Assembly: GCA_964035575.1 (NCBI GenBank)
Contig: OZ037840.1
Coordinates: 1,364,001 to 1,428,000 of the forward strand
Direction: 5' to 3'
DNA from: Rhynchopus sp. YZ270_cl-10
Taxonomy: Eukaryota
DNA length: 64,000 bases
Part shown: piece by piece, positions 37,462 to 48,800 of the stretch
Layout: each line of letters starts with the position of its first letter
Numbering within the stretch: the stretch's first letter is position 1
Position numbers and translations under genes: made by a program
Notes under the pieces: generated by a model
Seen by the model: only the letters and a program-made list of their open reading frames with translations
What the model was told of the DNA's origin: nothing
The model's database searches: none

Positions 37462-38749
37462 AGGAAAGAACTTTGAAAAGAGAGTTAAAAGTCCCTGAAA
37501 CCGATGAGTGATAAGAGTTAGAGCCCCGTTCAAACCTGCTGCCAAACTTGGCCGTAGGACGTCAGGTCGTATTCGTGGCACCTACCTTGTCTTTGTATTG
37601 CTCCTACTAGACTTGCTGTAGTGTTTCTTGTTGTTCACCCTTCAGCTCTACAGCCCTTTTTTTTTTAATTTTGTACAGTATTCCTGACAGAGATGGAGAT
37701 AGATTTGGGGTTTTCAAAAAAGACCCGGTCTGAGCTTTTTAGGGTCAAAATTTTTTTTCCGACCGATTTTCTCCCAAATACCTTTTTTTTTTATTTTTTC
37801 CAGACCGGGTTTTTTGCCAAAATCCCATTTTTTTTTTTTTTTTACTGTTTGTGTTATAAATAGTAAGTATATGAATGTATTTTTTTTTTTTTTTTTTTTT
37901 TGGCCCGGTCTTGCGACCGGGTCAATAGATGCACCTCCAACCCTGAATTTCCTGATTCACCCAATAATGGTTTTGTCATCTGTGTCCAAGTTATGCTTCG
38001 CGGTACACGAGACTTCTTCGCAGCGTGTTTCAACCTTTTTTCGTTGTGAAAGCTCTATTTCTTTGTTTTTGTTTTTTTCCCCTTCTTTTCTGGTAGCAGT
38101 AGATTTGAACTCGTTTTATGTTGTATTCCTGAGGAACGTACGCTCCATCTGGGAATGCTGAATTCCCACAATGACGTAAGTTTGTCAAGCGAATACCTTT
38201 TTCTCGAGAAACTAAATACCTGTACTTTATCGTCGGTGTGTTGTCTGGCAAACGGAATATACCACCCATGTATTTTCTGGTCTATTTTTTTTCCGTACAC
38301 GGTATTACATTTTCTAACTTCCCTTTTTGTGTTCCACGTGACCAGTGAGGCACATAAGCCTTTGTGAAGTCACGTATTTCTCTTATCGGCATGCTTTGTG
38401 ATGTACGAATCCCCTTTTTCTTTGGGACTACAGAGTCACACGTGTCCTCCCCATGCAGTTGAGTCTCCTTGGGATCGAGCGAGCTCAACGACAGTGGTGA
38501 ACTGGACCCAGCACTTTGTATGCCTTGGCCGCCATGTTTATTTTAATTTTTTTATAAGACATGTGTGCATTTCTAGTGAAATTTTTCAGTATCCACGAGT
38601 CGTTTTTTCCCTCCCGTGCTCCCCATCTCTCACACATACATTACATCTTCATCAGGAAAATTGTCAATTTTTCGTTCATTATTGTGAACAGCGTTTGGTG
38701 TTTTTTCAAAAAAAAAAAAAAAAAAAAATGTGTGACTGAGTGTGGGGAT

Positions 38750-39541
38750 CAGGGGTCCTAAGAGTGGTAACTTTTACCACTTCTGAAGTGACCTTTTTTA
38801 TTTTTTTGAAATCCGAAGGTCACTTCGAAGTGACCTTCGAAAAGTGCCCTAAAAAGTGACCTTTTTATTTTTATTTTTTGAAATCCGGTGTCACGAAGTG
38901 ACCTCGGATGCTTAACATACACCGGGAACACGTTGGAGGGTCCGGGAATTTTTTTCTTTTTTGCCAAGATCAGGGGTCTGCAGGGCTGCAGGTTGCCACA
39001 ATTTTAAGCGCATTTTTTTGAAATGTTGCGTACCGTGGCTTCGCCAGAAACTTTCGTTTTAGCAAAATACGTAAGTAATTTACGTAAACTGACGATAATT
39101 ACCAACGACAGTGCCATTTTATGTCAACATTTTTTAGAAATGTTGCGTACCGTGACTTCGCCAGGAACCTTTGGGTGACATGACCGCCGCTTCTTTTATA
39201 GATGTACTGAGGTTACTGATAAGAAGGCCGACACCCACTAAACATCTGCCAAAACATCTGCCTATGGCTGTGTTGTGTTATTCGTGGTAAGAAGCGTAAC
39301 GGTGGCACCAGACTGCGAGACCGCGAAATTGCCTCACAAAAAAAAATCGTATCTAGTACTCTGTCCCTATGATACGGCGATAACCAACGTCCGGTGTATG
39401 TCCGAGGAATTTGCACCTTTTCGACCTCACTTTTGTTGTTCCTCTGAGGGGGGAAAGTTTTTTTTTTCCCTCCCCAAAAAACGAGAAGTGACCTTGAAGT
39501 TACCATTTTTAATTTTTTTGAGAACAGCGTTAGGACCCCTG
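38750..39541. mobile_element. hAT-type MITE (array copy)
   Basis: Same TIR/TSD as 4038-4829. Confidence 0.9.
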
Positions 39542-40844
39542 GTGGGGATGCGTTCAAGAATTAAACTCTTCCCCCGAAACCCCCTTTCATCTCTAGTTTT
39601 CTTTGTCCAAACGTCGAGTGGACGCGTAATTTTTTTTTTTTTTTTTTTTTCATTTTTATCGTTTCAGTGCTATCAATGTATTGATTGCGCAGTATTATGT
39701 TGAAATACTAATTTTTAATTTGTCTCCGTCCCACCCACTACAGCCCACCCCATTCCTCCGAACATTGTTCGGTTGTCTTGAAAGTCGCCACAAACCGTCT
39801 TTTTTCTCCTTTTTTTTTTCTCCCTTTGCTACAAAAAAAAAAAAAAAACAAAGACGGGAGGTGTCGCTTTTGAGCGTCCTTTGTGTGCTTTCTATTCTTT
39901 GAATGGAAAGTACATGAAATTAGTTTTGTTACATTTAGCAAGATGTGTACAGATACGTTCATGTTTCAAAAACAATATATTTTTGCTTCATGACAGTCTT
40001 GGCAGATCTTACGAACTATTTGTCGTCCTTTCTTTTTTGTGCTTCCTTCTTTTGCTTTCATCCGGATGGCTGGCATCATACGTGGGTCAGTCGGAGGTGC
40101 CTGCATCAACAACTACTATTTCCCCCTGCAAAACAACACAATCCGGGTGTTCGATAACCCCACGGATCCTCACTGGCTGCATATCAGAGACGTTTTGCCC
40201 TATCTCTTTTCCACCCATACTTCCCCTTGTCAGAATGGCCCACTAGGTAGCGAAGAGACCTCGGTCCCTTCCCCTGCCTGTTCCATGGCCTGGTTTTGCT
40301 GCTAAAGGAAGAACAATAAAAGCCACCCCTTTCCCCCCCACTGTTTTTTTAGGTCACCTTTTGGTGCTGCCTTCAACTCTTTAATAACTCCCTCCCCCTT
40401 TGCTAATCGAGCACAACTCGGGTTTTGTACGAACCTTCCTGGGCGATTGTTTCATAACCATGGAGTTACATGAATAGAAGAAAGTTTGTACTGTCTGATG
40501 ATGCTGTCTGAACCTCTTCTGTGTCACTAGCACAGCGCACAGTAGGTCGAGTATTTGTGGCCATTGCTCAAAGGTGTGAAGGTTTGATGCTCCCATGGAA
40601 ACCCCCTACCCTCTACTGCACAGTTGCACAGTAATGCGAGAGTACAACTGACTCGGAACAGCTTTGGAGTGGGCTTGCCTCCCGAGGTGTATGCACCTTC
40701 TGTGCTGCAATATAGGAACTATGTTCTGCTCCTCGTGTTCCCAGTGAGAACTGAATCACGCCGAGCTTGTTGACTGTCTGTGTGCTTGCACCCCACACTC
40801 ACTCCAGATAAGCCATACACCCTTTGCAACACACTCTCCACACC

Positions 40845-42419
40845 ATGTATTCAGTTCTTGTGGCAGCCATGGCGCTGCACGCTGGTGTGCACAACCTCGA
40901 CAATAGCAGTGGCATCGTGGACTGGCTTCTTCCCGGGCAAATTGCCGACACGGTCTGGACTGTTTCCTGTGACGGCACGTTTGTGGTGCAGTACTTGAAC
41001 GACTTTGGTGGCGAGTTCATCATCAGCATCGACGGGAAAGAGGAGTCACGTGTCAGTGGTGAGCACACGACACTGACGAAAACAAGCTTTTCAGCAAACA
41101 CAACTGTGTCGATGACTGCGAGTGTGAAGTCGCATGGGAACAAGAAGGTTCTGTTCTCGTGGGCCTGTGACGCTATGCCTGCTGCTCTTCCATCAACACT
41201 GAACACTGCTGGGGATGTGAGCCACATGAAGTACGGGCCAAGTGAGTTGGTGTACTGGACCCTGCAGTGCAAGGAACACGAAGACGTGCGCATCACCTGG
41301 ACGTCTTTCAACATTGGCAACGACTCTCTGTGGATGAGGGCCCGGCCCACCTTCTTCAACGCGACAGGTTTGGACACTGTTGAGGACTTCACCTTCACTT
41401 CGACAGGATCCACCTACGTGTTCTTCAAAAGTGAGGCTGGCAGTGATGGTGGTGACTTTGCCTTCCGTTACGAGTGTCTGTCGAACGACATTGTACTGCC
41501 GAGCAGTGGCATCGTGGACAGGTTGCTTCCCGCAAAGATCGCTGACACCGTCTGGACTGTTTCTTGTCGCGGCATCTTTGTGGTGCAGTACTTGAACGAC
41601 TTTGGTGGCGACTTCATCATCAGCATCGACGGGAATGAGAACTTACGTGTCAGTGGTGAGGACAGCAGAGTTACCAAACTGTACTTTCCAACACACGCAA
41701 CTGCGTCGATGACTGCGAGTGTGAAGACTGGGAACAAGAAGGTGCTGTTCTCGTGGGCCTGTGACGCTATGCCTGCTGCTCTTCCATCAACACTGAACAC
41801 TGCTGGGGATGTGAGCCACATGAAGTACGGGCCGAATGAGCTGGTGTACTGGGTTCTGCAGTGCAAGGAACACGAAGAAGTGAACATCACCTGGACGTCT
41901 TTCGACATTGGCAACGACTCTCTGTGGATGGTGCAGAGAGAGAGCGGAGTCTGGACCACCTTCTTCAACGCGTCTGGTTTGGACACTGTTGAGGACTTCA
42001 CCTTCACTTCGGCAGGATCCACCTTCGTGGTGTTCACCAGTGAGGCTGGCAGTGATGGTGGTGACTTTGCCTTCCGTTACGAGTGTCTGTCCACACCTGC
42101 GCCTCCCACAGCAGAACCGCCGGCTACACCGACAGGAGCACCAACAGCACTGCCGACAGCAGATCTTGACACAAAGGGAGCGTTTGCGTCTACTGATTCA
42201 GACGACGGAGGGCTCTCTGTGGGTGCCATTATCGGTATCAGTGTCGGTGTGGGTCTTGTTGCGATTGCGGCTGTGGTGCTCGTGGTGTGCTATGTGGCAA
42301 GGAAGCAAACGACCAGAGCACCTAAATCCCCTAATGCATTCAACGAGTACAGCAAGGCGTATCCCTGTGCTCAGGGCAAAGAGCTCCCGGGGAGTTATGG
42401 CGAACAAAGCGTTGTGTAG
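40845..42419 (+). CDS. CUB-like type I membrane protein, copy 8
   Basis: Identical translation to copy 1. Confidence 0.88.
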   Translation: MYSVLVAAMALHAGVHNLDNSSGIVDWLLPGQIADTVWTVSCDGTFVVQYLNDFGGEFIISIDGKEESRVSGEHTTLTKTSFSANTTVSMTASVKSHGNKKVLFSWACDAMPAALPSTLNTAGDVSHMKYGPSELVYWTLQCKEHEDVRITWTSFNIGNDSLWMRARPTFFNATGLDTVEDFTFTSTGSTYVFFKSEAGSDGGDFAFRYECLSNDIVLPSSGIVDRLLPAKIADTVWTVSCRGIFVVQYLNDFGGDFIISIDGNENLRVSGEDSRVTKLYFPTHATASMTASVKTGNKKVLFSWACDAMPAALPSTLNTAGDVSHMKYGPNELVYWVLQCKEHEEVNITWTSFDIGNDSLWMVQRESGVWTTFFNASGLDTVEDFTFTSAGSTFVVFTSEAGSDGGDFAFRYECLSTPAPPTAEPPATPTGAPTALPTADLDTKGAFASTDSDDGGLSVGAIIGISVGVGLVAIAAVVLVVCYVARKQTTRAPKSPNAFNEYSKAYPCAQGKELPGSYGEQSVV

Positions 42420-43944
42420 AGGAAAGAACTTTGAAAAGAGAGTTAAAAGTCCCTGAAACCGATGAGTGATAAGAGTTAGAGCCCCGTTCAAACCTGCTGC
42501 CAAACTTGGCCGTAGGACGTCAGGTCGTATTCGTGGCACCTACCTTGTCTTTGTATTGCTCCTACTAGACTTGCTGTAGTGTTTCTTGTTGTTCACCCTT
42601 CAGCTCTACAGCCCTTTTTTTTTTAATTTTGTACAGTATTCCTGACAGAGATGGAGATAGATTTGGGGTTTTCAAAAAAGACCCGGTCTGAGCTTTTTAG
42701 GGTCAAAATTTTTTTTCCGACCGATTTTCTCCCAAATACCTTTTTTTTTTATTTTTTCCAGACCGGGTTTTTTGCCAAAATCCCATTTTTTTTTTTTTTT
42801 TACTGTTTGTGTTATAAATAGTAAGTATATGAATGTATTTTTTTTTTTTTTTTTTTTTTGGCCCGGTCTTGCGACCGGGTCAATAGATGCACCTCCAACC
42901 CTGAATTTCCTGATTCACCCAATAATGGTTTTGTCATCTGTGTCCAAGTTATGCTTCGCGGTACACGAGACTTCTTCGCAGCGTGTTTCAACCTTTTTTC
43001 GTTGTGAAAGCTCTATTTCTTTGTTTTTGTTTTTTTCCCCTTCTTTTCTGGTAGCAGTAGATTTGAACTCGTTTTATGTTGTATTCCTGAGGAACGTACG
43101 CTCCATCTGGGAATGCTGAATTCCCACAATGACGTAAGTTTGTCAAGCGAATACCTTTTTCTCGAGAAACTAAATACCTGTACTTTATCGTCGGTGTGTT
43201 GTCTGGCAAACGGAATATACCACCCATGTATTTTCTGGTCTATTTTTTTTCCGTACACGGTATTACATTTTCTAACTTCCCTTTTTGTGTTCCACGTGAC
43301 CAGTGAGGCACATAAGCCTTTGTGAAGTCACGTATTTCTCTTATCGGCATGCTTTGTGATGTACGAATCCCCTTTTTCTTTGGGACTACAGAGTCACACG
43401 TGTCCTCCCCATGCAGTTGAGTCTCCTTGGGATCGAGCGAGCTCAACGACAGTGGTGAACTGGACCCAGCACTTTGTATGCCTTGGCCGCCATGTTTATT
43501 TTAATTTTTTTTGGGGATATGCAATATACAAGGAAAGTTTCTGTCGCGATGAAGGGGATAAGTATCCCTCACCAGTTCTTTTTACCCCCTAGCAACCCAA
43601 CCCCACCCCCTATAGACAGCCCCTCCCATCCCATGTCTGTGCTCCGCACCAGTCCACAAACTTCACAGAATTCTACAAGACATGTTCACAACAATCAAAC
43701 GAGACGATTTGGGTTTTTCTGTACTTCAGTGATAATACAAGTCATGATCACAACAACCAAAGGGAAGAGACGAGTTGGGTAGAGTCGATCAACACGGTGT
43801 TTAAAAAAAAAAACTGTACTTCATTGGTCTCGACAACAAGCCAGTGAAGCACCCCCTAACAGATTACGGGTATCCGGGTTCTCTCTCCGGCTACCCCTCC
43901 CATCCCCCATACCCCGAACTATTTAACTATCGATCACGATCACG

Positions 43945-45846
43945 ATGACAAACCTACACGCGCGCTATGACACGCTGTATGAGCAAATTCAAGACCGCAT
44001 TAGTACCGCACAGGCGGAAGACGAGATTAAACGTCTCTTCGACATGGTAGATATGCTTCTCCACCTGCACGACCAGATCCAGTCCATCTCCCGCGCCCGC
44101 GTGCCGGAGGAGAAGAAGGCGCCGACGGCGAAGAAGGCGAAGGAGGCGAAGAAGGCGTCGGAGTCGAAGACGAAGCCGGCTAGAGAGAAGGCTCAAGCTA
44201 AAGCCGATGCTAAGTCCGATGCGAGGACGCAGATCAAGACGCCGAAGCCGGCAACTACGCAACCCACACAAGATGAGGGAACGACGAGACAAACAAAGAC
44301 GTCGACAAAGAAAAGTACGAGCACCTGGGTGCACGTAGCAAAGAAAGCGGCACCGAAGGAGGTTATCGCTTCGGAGGGATGGTCTGCACCATTCATGGAC
44401 GCGCCCCTCTTCGACACCCTTAAGTTAGGGGTGTTTATTGCTGACACGACGAAGCGTGCCAACGACGCGAAGGAAGCAATGATGACAGCGTGGGATGTGA
44501 CGGAGGACGCGACGGGGTATGCCGTGTTGTGTCCGTACCCGTTCGACGGGAGTGTGACGACGTCGGTGCGGCTGACGACAGGGGCAGCACGCCCTTACCA
44601 TGCGTACCAGGTAGGGAACATCGGTACGACGGGCGTAGCCACCACGCAGAAGGTGCTCGATGCGAATACTGCGGAGAGAGGAACAAGAGGAGCAAGAGGT
44701 ACAAGCGTTATGTTCTGTGAGGTAGCTGCAAAGCACACCTCCAGCGCGTACTGGAAGTGCCTCCAGACCGACACCGAACCGTCGTTCCGCAGGCTCTGCA
44801 GACGGTCTCTGCCGGATAATGTGAGGGTAGAGAACTCGCACATGTGGAAAGTGCTGAAGCAGAAAGGAACCCGCAAGATGAGCGTGCGCGTGCCCACGAA
44901 GGCTGTCAACGACATCCTCAGCAACAGCGGCGTCGACGGGGTATTTTGGAAATACCCCTCTTTCAACCAAGGGCGGGAGGTATACCATGTGCTTCCTCTC
45001 AAGCGGAGTGTGGACCGGCGCACCGCTATCAACGCGGCCAGGAAGTGTGGGGCGGATGTTCTAGGCCTAGCACTGGGAGAGAAGCGGCTTTCGCTCCGCC
45101 TTGCGGACAGCGCGCGCACGGAGGCAGTCCGCGCGCTCATTGGTGAACTTGCGGAGGTAGTGACGGCACCGGTACCTCGCTACACAGTCACAGGCGCAAC
45201 GAGACGGGAACACCCAGAGGACATCCTCTACCAACTAGAGGCGGCAGGATGGCAGTCAGTGGCGTCGGTATCGACGTACTGCACGGGCAAGGAGCGGACC
45301 TGCATAGTTACGGCCGACGCCCCCCCTACATTCGACTCGGTCGTGCGCGACGATGAGAGCGTCCTCTGGGTGCGCCAATACGCGGACCAGGACAAGCGGT
45401 ACCGGCAGTCGCACTCCCTCAGCAGTGAAAAAGGTAAGCAGAGGCAGGAGAAGTCGAAGCTCCCACCGCGCGCTGACAAAGACTTCGCTTTCGACCCGGC
45501 CCCGGTACCAGTTGAGAAAACCAGCGGGAAGAAGAGAACGGCTGCGGACGCCAACCCCACTAGCAACGACCGCGACAACATGGACTCCTCAGAGGAAGAA
45601 GACGTGGAAATGGAATCTCAGCACAAACACTTCTTTGCGTTAGGGGAAGAGCCGCTGGCAAGCGCAATAGGATGGAAGTGCGCTGTGTGTGCGAAGCCGA
45701 AGAGGCCTGGGACGCGGGCCTGGCCATGCACGAGCGAGACGTGCGCACAGGGCATCTGTTTTACCTGCCGCAAGTCTACGTTGGAGGGAGAGGTGGCCAG
45801 ACAACAGCAAGCCGCACAGCAAACTGAGGAGCAAACCGAGCAGTGA
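43945..45846 (+). CDS. Retrotransposon ORF1 (Gag-like, 633 aa): helical/coiled-coil N-terminus, K/A-rich linker, C-terminal Cys-rich Zn-binding module
   Basis: ATG-initiated long ORF upstream of pol; C-terminal CAVC...WPCTSETCAQGICFTC; ends in TGA. Confidence 0.85.
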   Translation: MTNLHARYDTLYEQIQDRISTAQAEDEIKRLFDMVDMLLHLHDQIQSISRARVPEEKKAPTAKKAKEAKKASESKTKPAREKAQAKADAKSDARTQIKTPKPATTQPTQDEGTTRQTKTSTKKSTSTWVHVAKKAAPKEVIASEGWSAPFMDAPLFDTLKLGVFIADTTKRANDAKEAMMTAWDVTEDATGYAVLCPYPFDGSVTTSVRLTTGAARPYHAYQVGNIGTTGVATTQKVLDANTAERGTRGARGTSVMFCEVAAKHTSSAYWKCLQTDTEPSFRRLCRRSLPDNVRVENSHMWKVLKQKGTRKMSVRVPTKAVNDILSNSGVDGVFWKYPSFNQGREVYHVLPLKRSVDRRTAINAARKCGADVLGLALGEKRLSLRLADSARTEAVRALIGELAEVVTAPVPRYTVTGATRREHPEDILYQLEAAGWQSVASVSTYCTGKERTCIVTADAPPTFDSVVRDDESVLWVRQYADQDKRYRQSHSLSSEKGKQRQEKSKLPPRADKDFAFDPAPVPVEKTSGKKRTAADANPTSNDRDNMDSSEEEDVEMESQHKHFFALGEEPLASAIGWKCAVCAKPKRPGTRAWPCTSETCAQGICFTCRKSTLEGEVARQQQAAQQTEEQTEQ

Positions 45847-45878
45847 CTGCCTGGCGTGGGCCCGGGCGGGGGGCCTAC
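45844..45878 (+). promoter_or_regulatory. Putative stop-codon readthrough signal: UGA-CUG, 9-nt spacer, stem-loop GUGGGCCC/GGGCCUAC
   Basis: TGA at 45844-45846, followed by CTGCCTGGC, then an 8-bp stem (45856-45863 / 45871-45878, one G-U pair) with a 7-nt loop. Confidence 0.55.
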
Positions 45879-48800
45879 CTGCGGTGCTGACAAAGCTACA
45901 ATCGCAGCACATTTGGCGCCGTACAATCTGCGTGTCGTGGAAGCTGGCAACTCCGGTGATTGCCAGTTCCAATCCATATCCGTTTGTCTAGAGGGACACA
46001 ACAACTTGAGTAGCGAACTACGGGAGATTGCCGTCAACGCAATATGCTCGCAGCCTGAGAAGTATAGTCCGTTCATCGTCGACGCATCGGTTGATGAATA
46101 CGTTAGTGACATGTCACGAAAGGGTTCATGGGGGGACCAGCTGACGCTACAGACGCTAGTTGACTGCTCTGGGTGTCCTGCAATGGTGTACTCCACTGAC
46201 GACAGCGCCAACGTCCGTGTCCTCAAACTGTCTCCTGCCACACCTACGGATCTGGACCCTATCCACCTGGCTTACGTTGGTGGCATGCACTACTGCGCCG
46301 TGGTGTCCTCGTCTACTAGCCCGATAGACATGGATGCACTCCTCGATACGACTACAATCTTAGAAGCAAGCCCTCCATCCGTCTCGCTCCCGAAGAGAGA
46401 CCAATTCGCTGCTCCAAGGAACGCACGTCCACGGGCCGGAAACACCCTCACCTTTGCCAGCATCAATGTCACAGCCCTCTACCCACACCTGGACAGTGTG
46501 CTCGAAATGGATGTAGATGTCGTCGGGATTCAAGAAACTTCCCTCACCGCCGCTGTTCAAGAGGAGGTTGACATCGGACTCACGAAGGGCGACTGGGCTC
46601 CTGTATGGGGGGCCCCTGTGGAAGGTGCGCGTTCCAAGCATGTGAAGACGGGCGACATCACTAGAGGACGTAACGGTGGTGTTGCTATGTTGTGCAGGAG
46701 ACCGTGCGTTTTACGGAGGTGCACTACATTCGACGACGTCCTAGACAAGTTCTACAGAGCAGGCCGTCTCGTACATAGCTTTGTAGCAACTGGCGATGGG
46801 AAAAAAGGCATTAATGTGTTTACTGTCTATGCAAAATCGGGTGGCGCACAGGAAGACTTTCGTTACAGAGAAGAACTACTACAGACGCTACTCCTGGACC
46901 TACCGAGGAGGCTTGGGAATGTACCAGCTATTGTTCTAGGAGACCTAAACACTGATGTATCTAGATCCCCGGCCCTCCGGAAAGCACTCAGCTCTACTTG
47001 GGTGGATGGTGCTGCCCTAGCTGCCGCCCTACTCGGCGAGGAGCCTCCCCCCACGTACACCGGTACGATCAACAGCACGCGCATCGACTACGTTCTACTC
47101 AACACATGGGCGGCGCAAGCATTAACTGCCAGCAAAACCTTTCGGGTTCCAGGGGTGTGCAAACATTCTTGTGTCTCTGTAACGCTCAACTTCGACGCTT
47201 TCCAGCAGAAGTCACTCCGCTATCAACTACCAAGAGCAATTCCTCCGCCTGCATCAGGCTCGACAACTAAAATCCCCATGCCTTGCCGGAAGCGTTTTAT
47301 GGACCTTGTGCAACAGGACGACGTTGACGGTGCATGGCGTGAGATGTGCAAGCTATGTGAGACCTACCTCCTCTCCTGCAGCGGGTCATCCGACCAAAGA
47401 TACCGTGGTAGGGGGATCGACCGCGCGCCAACGAAGCAACCCATGTGCGCGAAAGTGTCACCCGACACTGGCTATGGGATGTGTACCTTGGAGTCCCGTC
47501 TAGACAAAGTGGGGTCCAGGCTCACACACATCACACGTAGGCTCCGTCACCTCAATGGGTTGGGTACGCCGTACACCGTATCCGTTGAAGATGAGCGTTG
47601 CTGGAACAAGTGCAGACGGCTCCTCTCAGGGTTCACTTCATCCGAGCTGTGCGTGAACCCATCAAAAGAACTGCCCAATCTTGACGAGGCTATGCGTTTA
47701 TGCAGTCTGGTGTCGGCATACAAGACTGCACTCCGTGCGAAGCGTTGCATGGCAAAGCGTTCCTCATACAGGAAGTCCATTGCCGACAAGTTCCTGCGGG
47801 ACTACAAAGGGCTCACTGCTTGGCTCTCACCCAAAGCGAGCACCACCACTGATGCTGTTACGAGGCCTGACGGATCACTGACAGCTAACGTCGAAGAGAT
47901 GGACGCTATCCTGACAGAGGCCTGGGATCCTATTCTTCGCATGTACAACGAAACCGACAACCCTGAACCAGACTTTGGTCCATTCATGGCACGATTCGGC
48001 GACCATGTTACGAAACATCCCATGGAGCTGAGTGACGTCACTGGTGATGAGCTGCGAGCAGTGCTTATGCAGAAGAAGAAGTCATCTGGCGCCTGTGGCA
48101 TTGATGGGTGGAGAATTGACGAGCTGCAACGGCTCCCTGTTCCGCTCCTGCAACTATTTGCAGAATTGTTCAACCTCATTGAGCGCACGAGCTGCTGGCC
48201 TCAAGGCCTCCTAACAGCCTTGGTGACGCTAATTCCCAAAGGCGACTCTGGTGCCCCGCTCGACCTTCGCCCTATTACGGTAACGAGCGCCGTGTACAGA
48301 CTGTGGGCATGTCGCCGGCTTAAGGACATAGTTCGTTGGCAAGACGGCTGGCTCCTCCCTTCGCAACGCGGTTTCCGCACCGGGGGTAGTACCGATGACG
48401 TGCTGCTTGACATAACGTCAGCCATTGAAGAAACCCTACTAAATGACGAACTAGAGTTATATTTGGTGGCGCTCGATTTCCAGAAGTGCTTCGACAGAGT
48501 CCCGCAGAAGCTGGTTCTTGCTCTGGCTAAGTCCATGGGAATGCACGCACGCATTCTTGATCCGCTTACTTCGATGTACTCCCACCTCCGCCGACGTTTC
48601 AAGCTCCCCAATGGTGTTGGACAGGAATTCATGGTAACAAACGGCATCCTCCAAGGTTGCCCAATATCGGCCATGCTCATCAACGCGCTGCTAGCAGTGG
48701 TTCTGTCCGTGATTTTGAACGAGGTCAGCGGCACATCGTCTTCATCATACGCGGACGACGTCACCATCATGTCAGATACCTCTGAGACGCACATCCAGGA

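Larger units (their letters stand above)
3157..43512 (+). repeat. Tandem array of 4958-4960 bp units (8 complete gene-bearing units plus the start of a 9th)
   Basis: Identical ORF sets recur at offsets 4959, 4960, 4959, 4958, 4959, 4959, 4958. The differences I saw are homopolymer lengths and a few SNPs. Bases 1-271 are the 3' flank of a preceding unit. Confidence 0.98.

Noticed and set aside
45844..45846. UGA reassigned to Trp genome-wide
   Set aside because: No other in-frame TGA in the Trp-containing ORF1, ORF2 or surface gene
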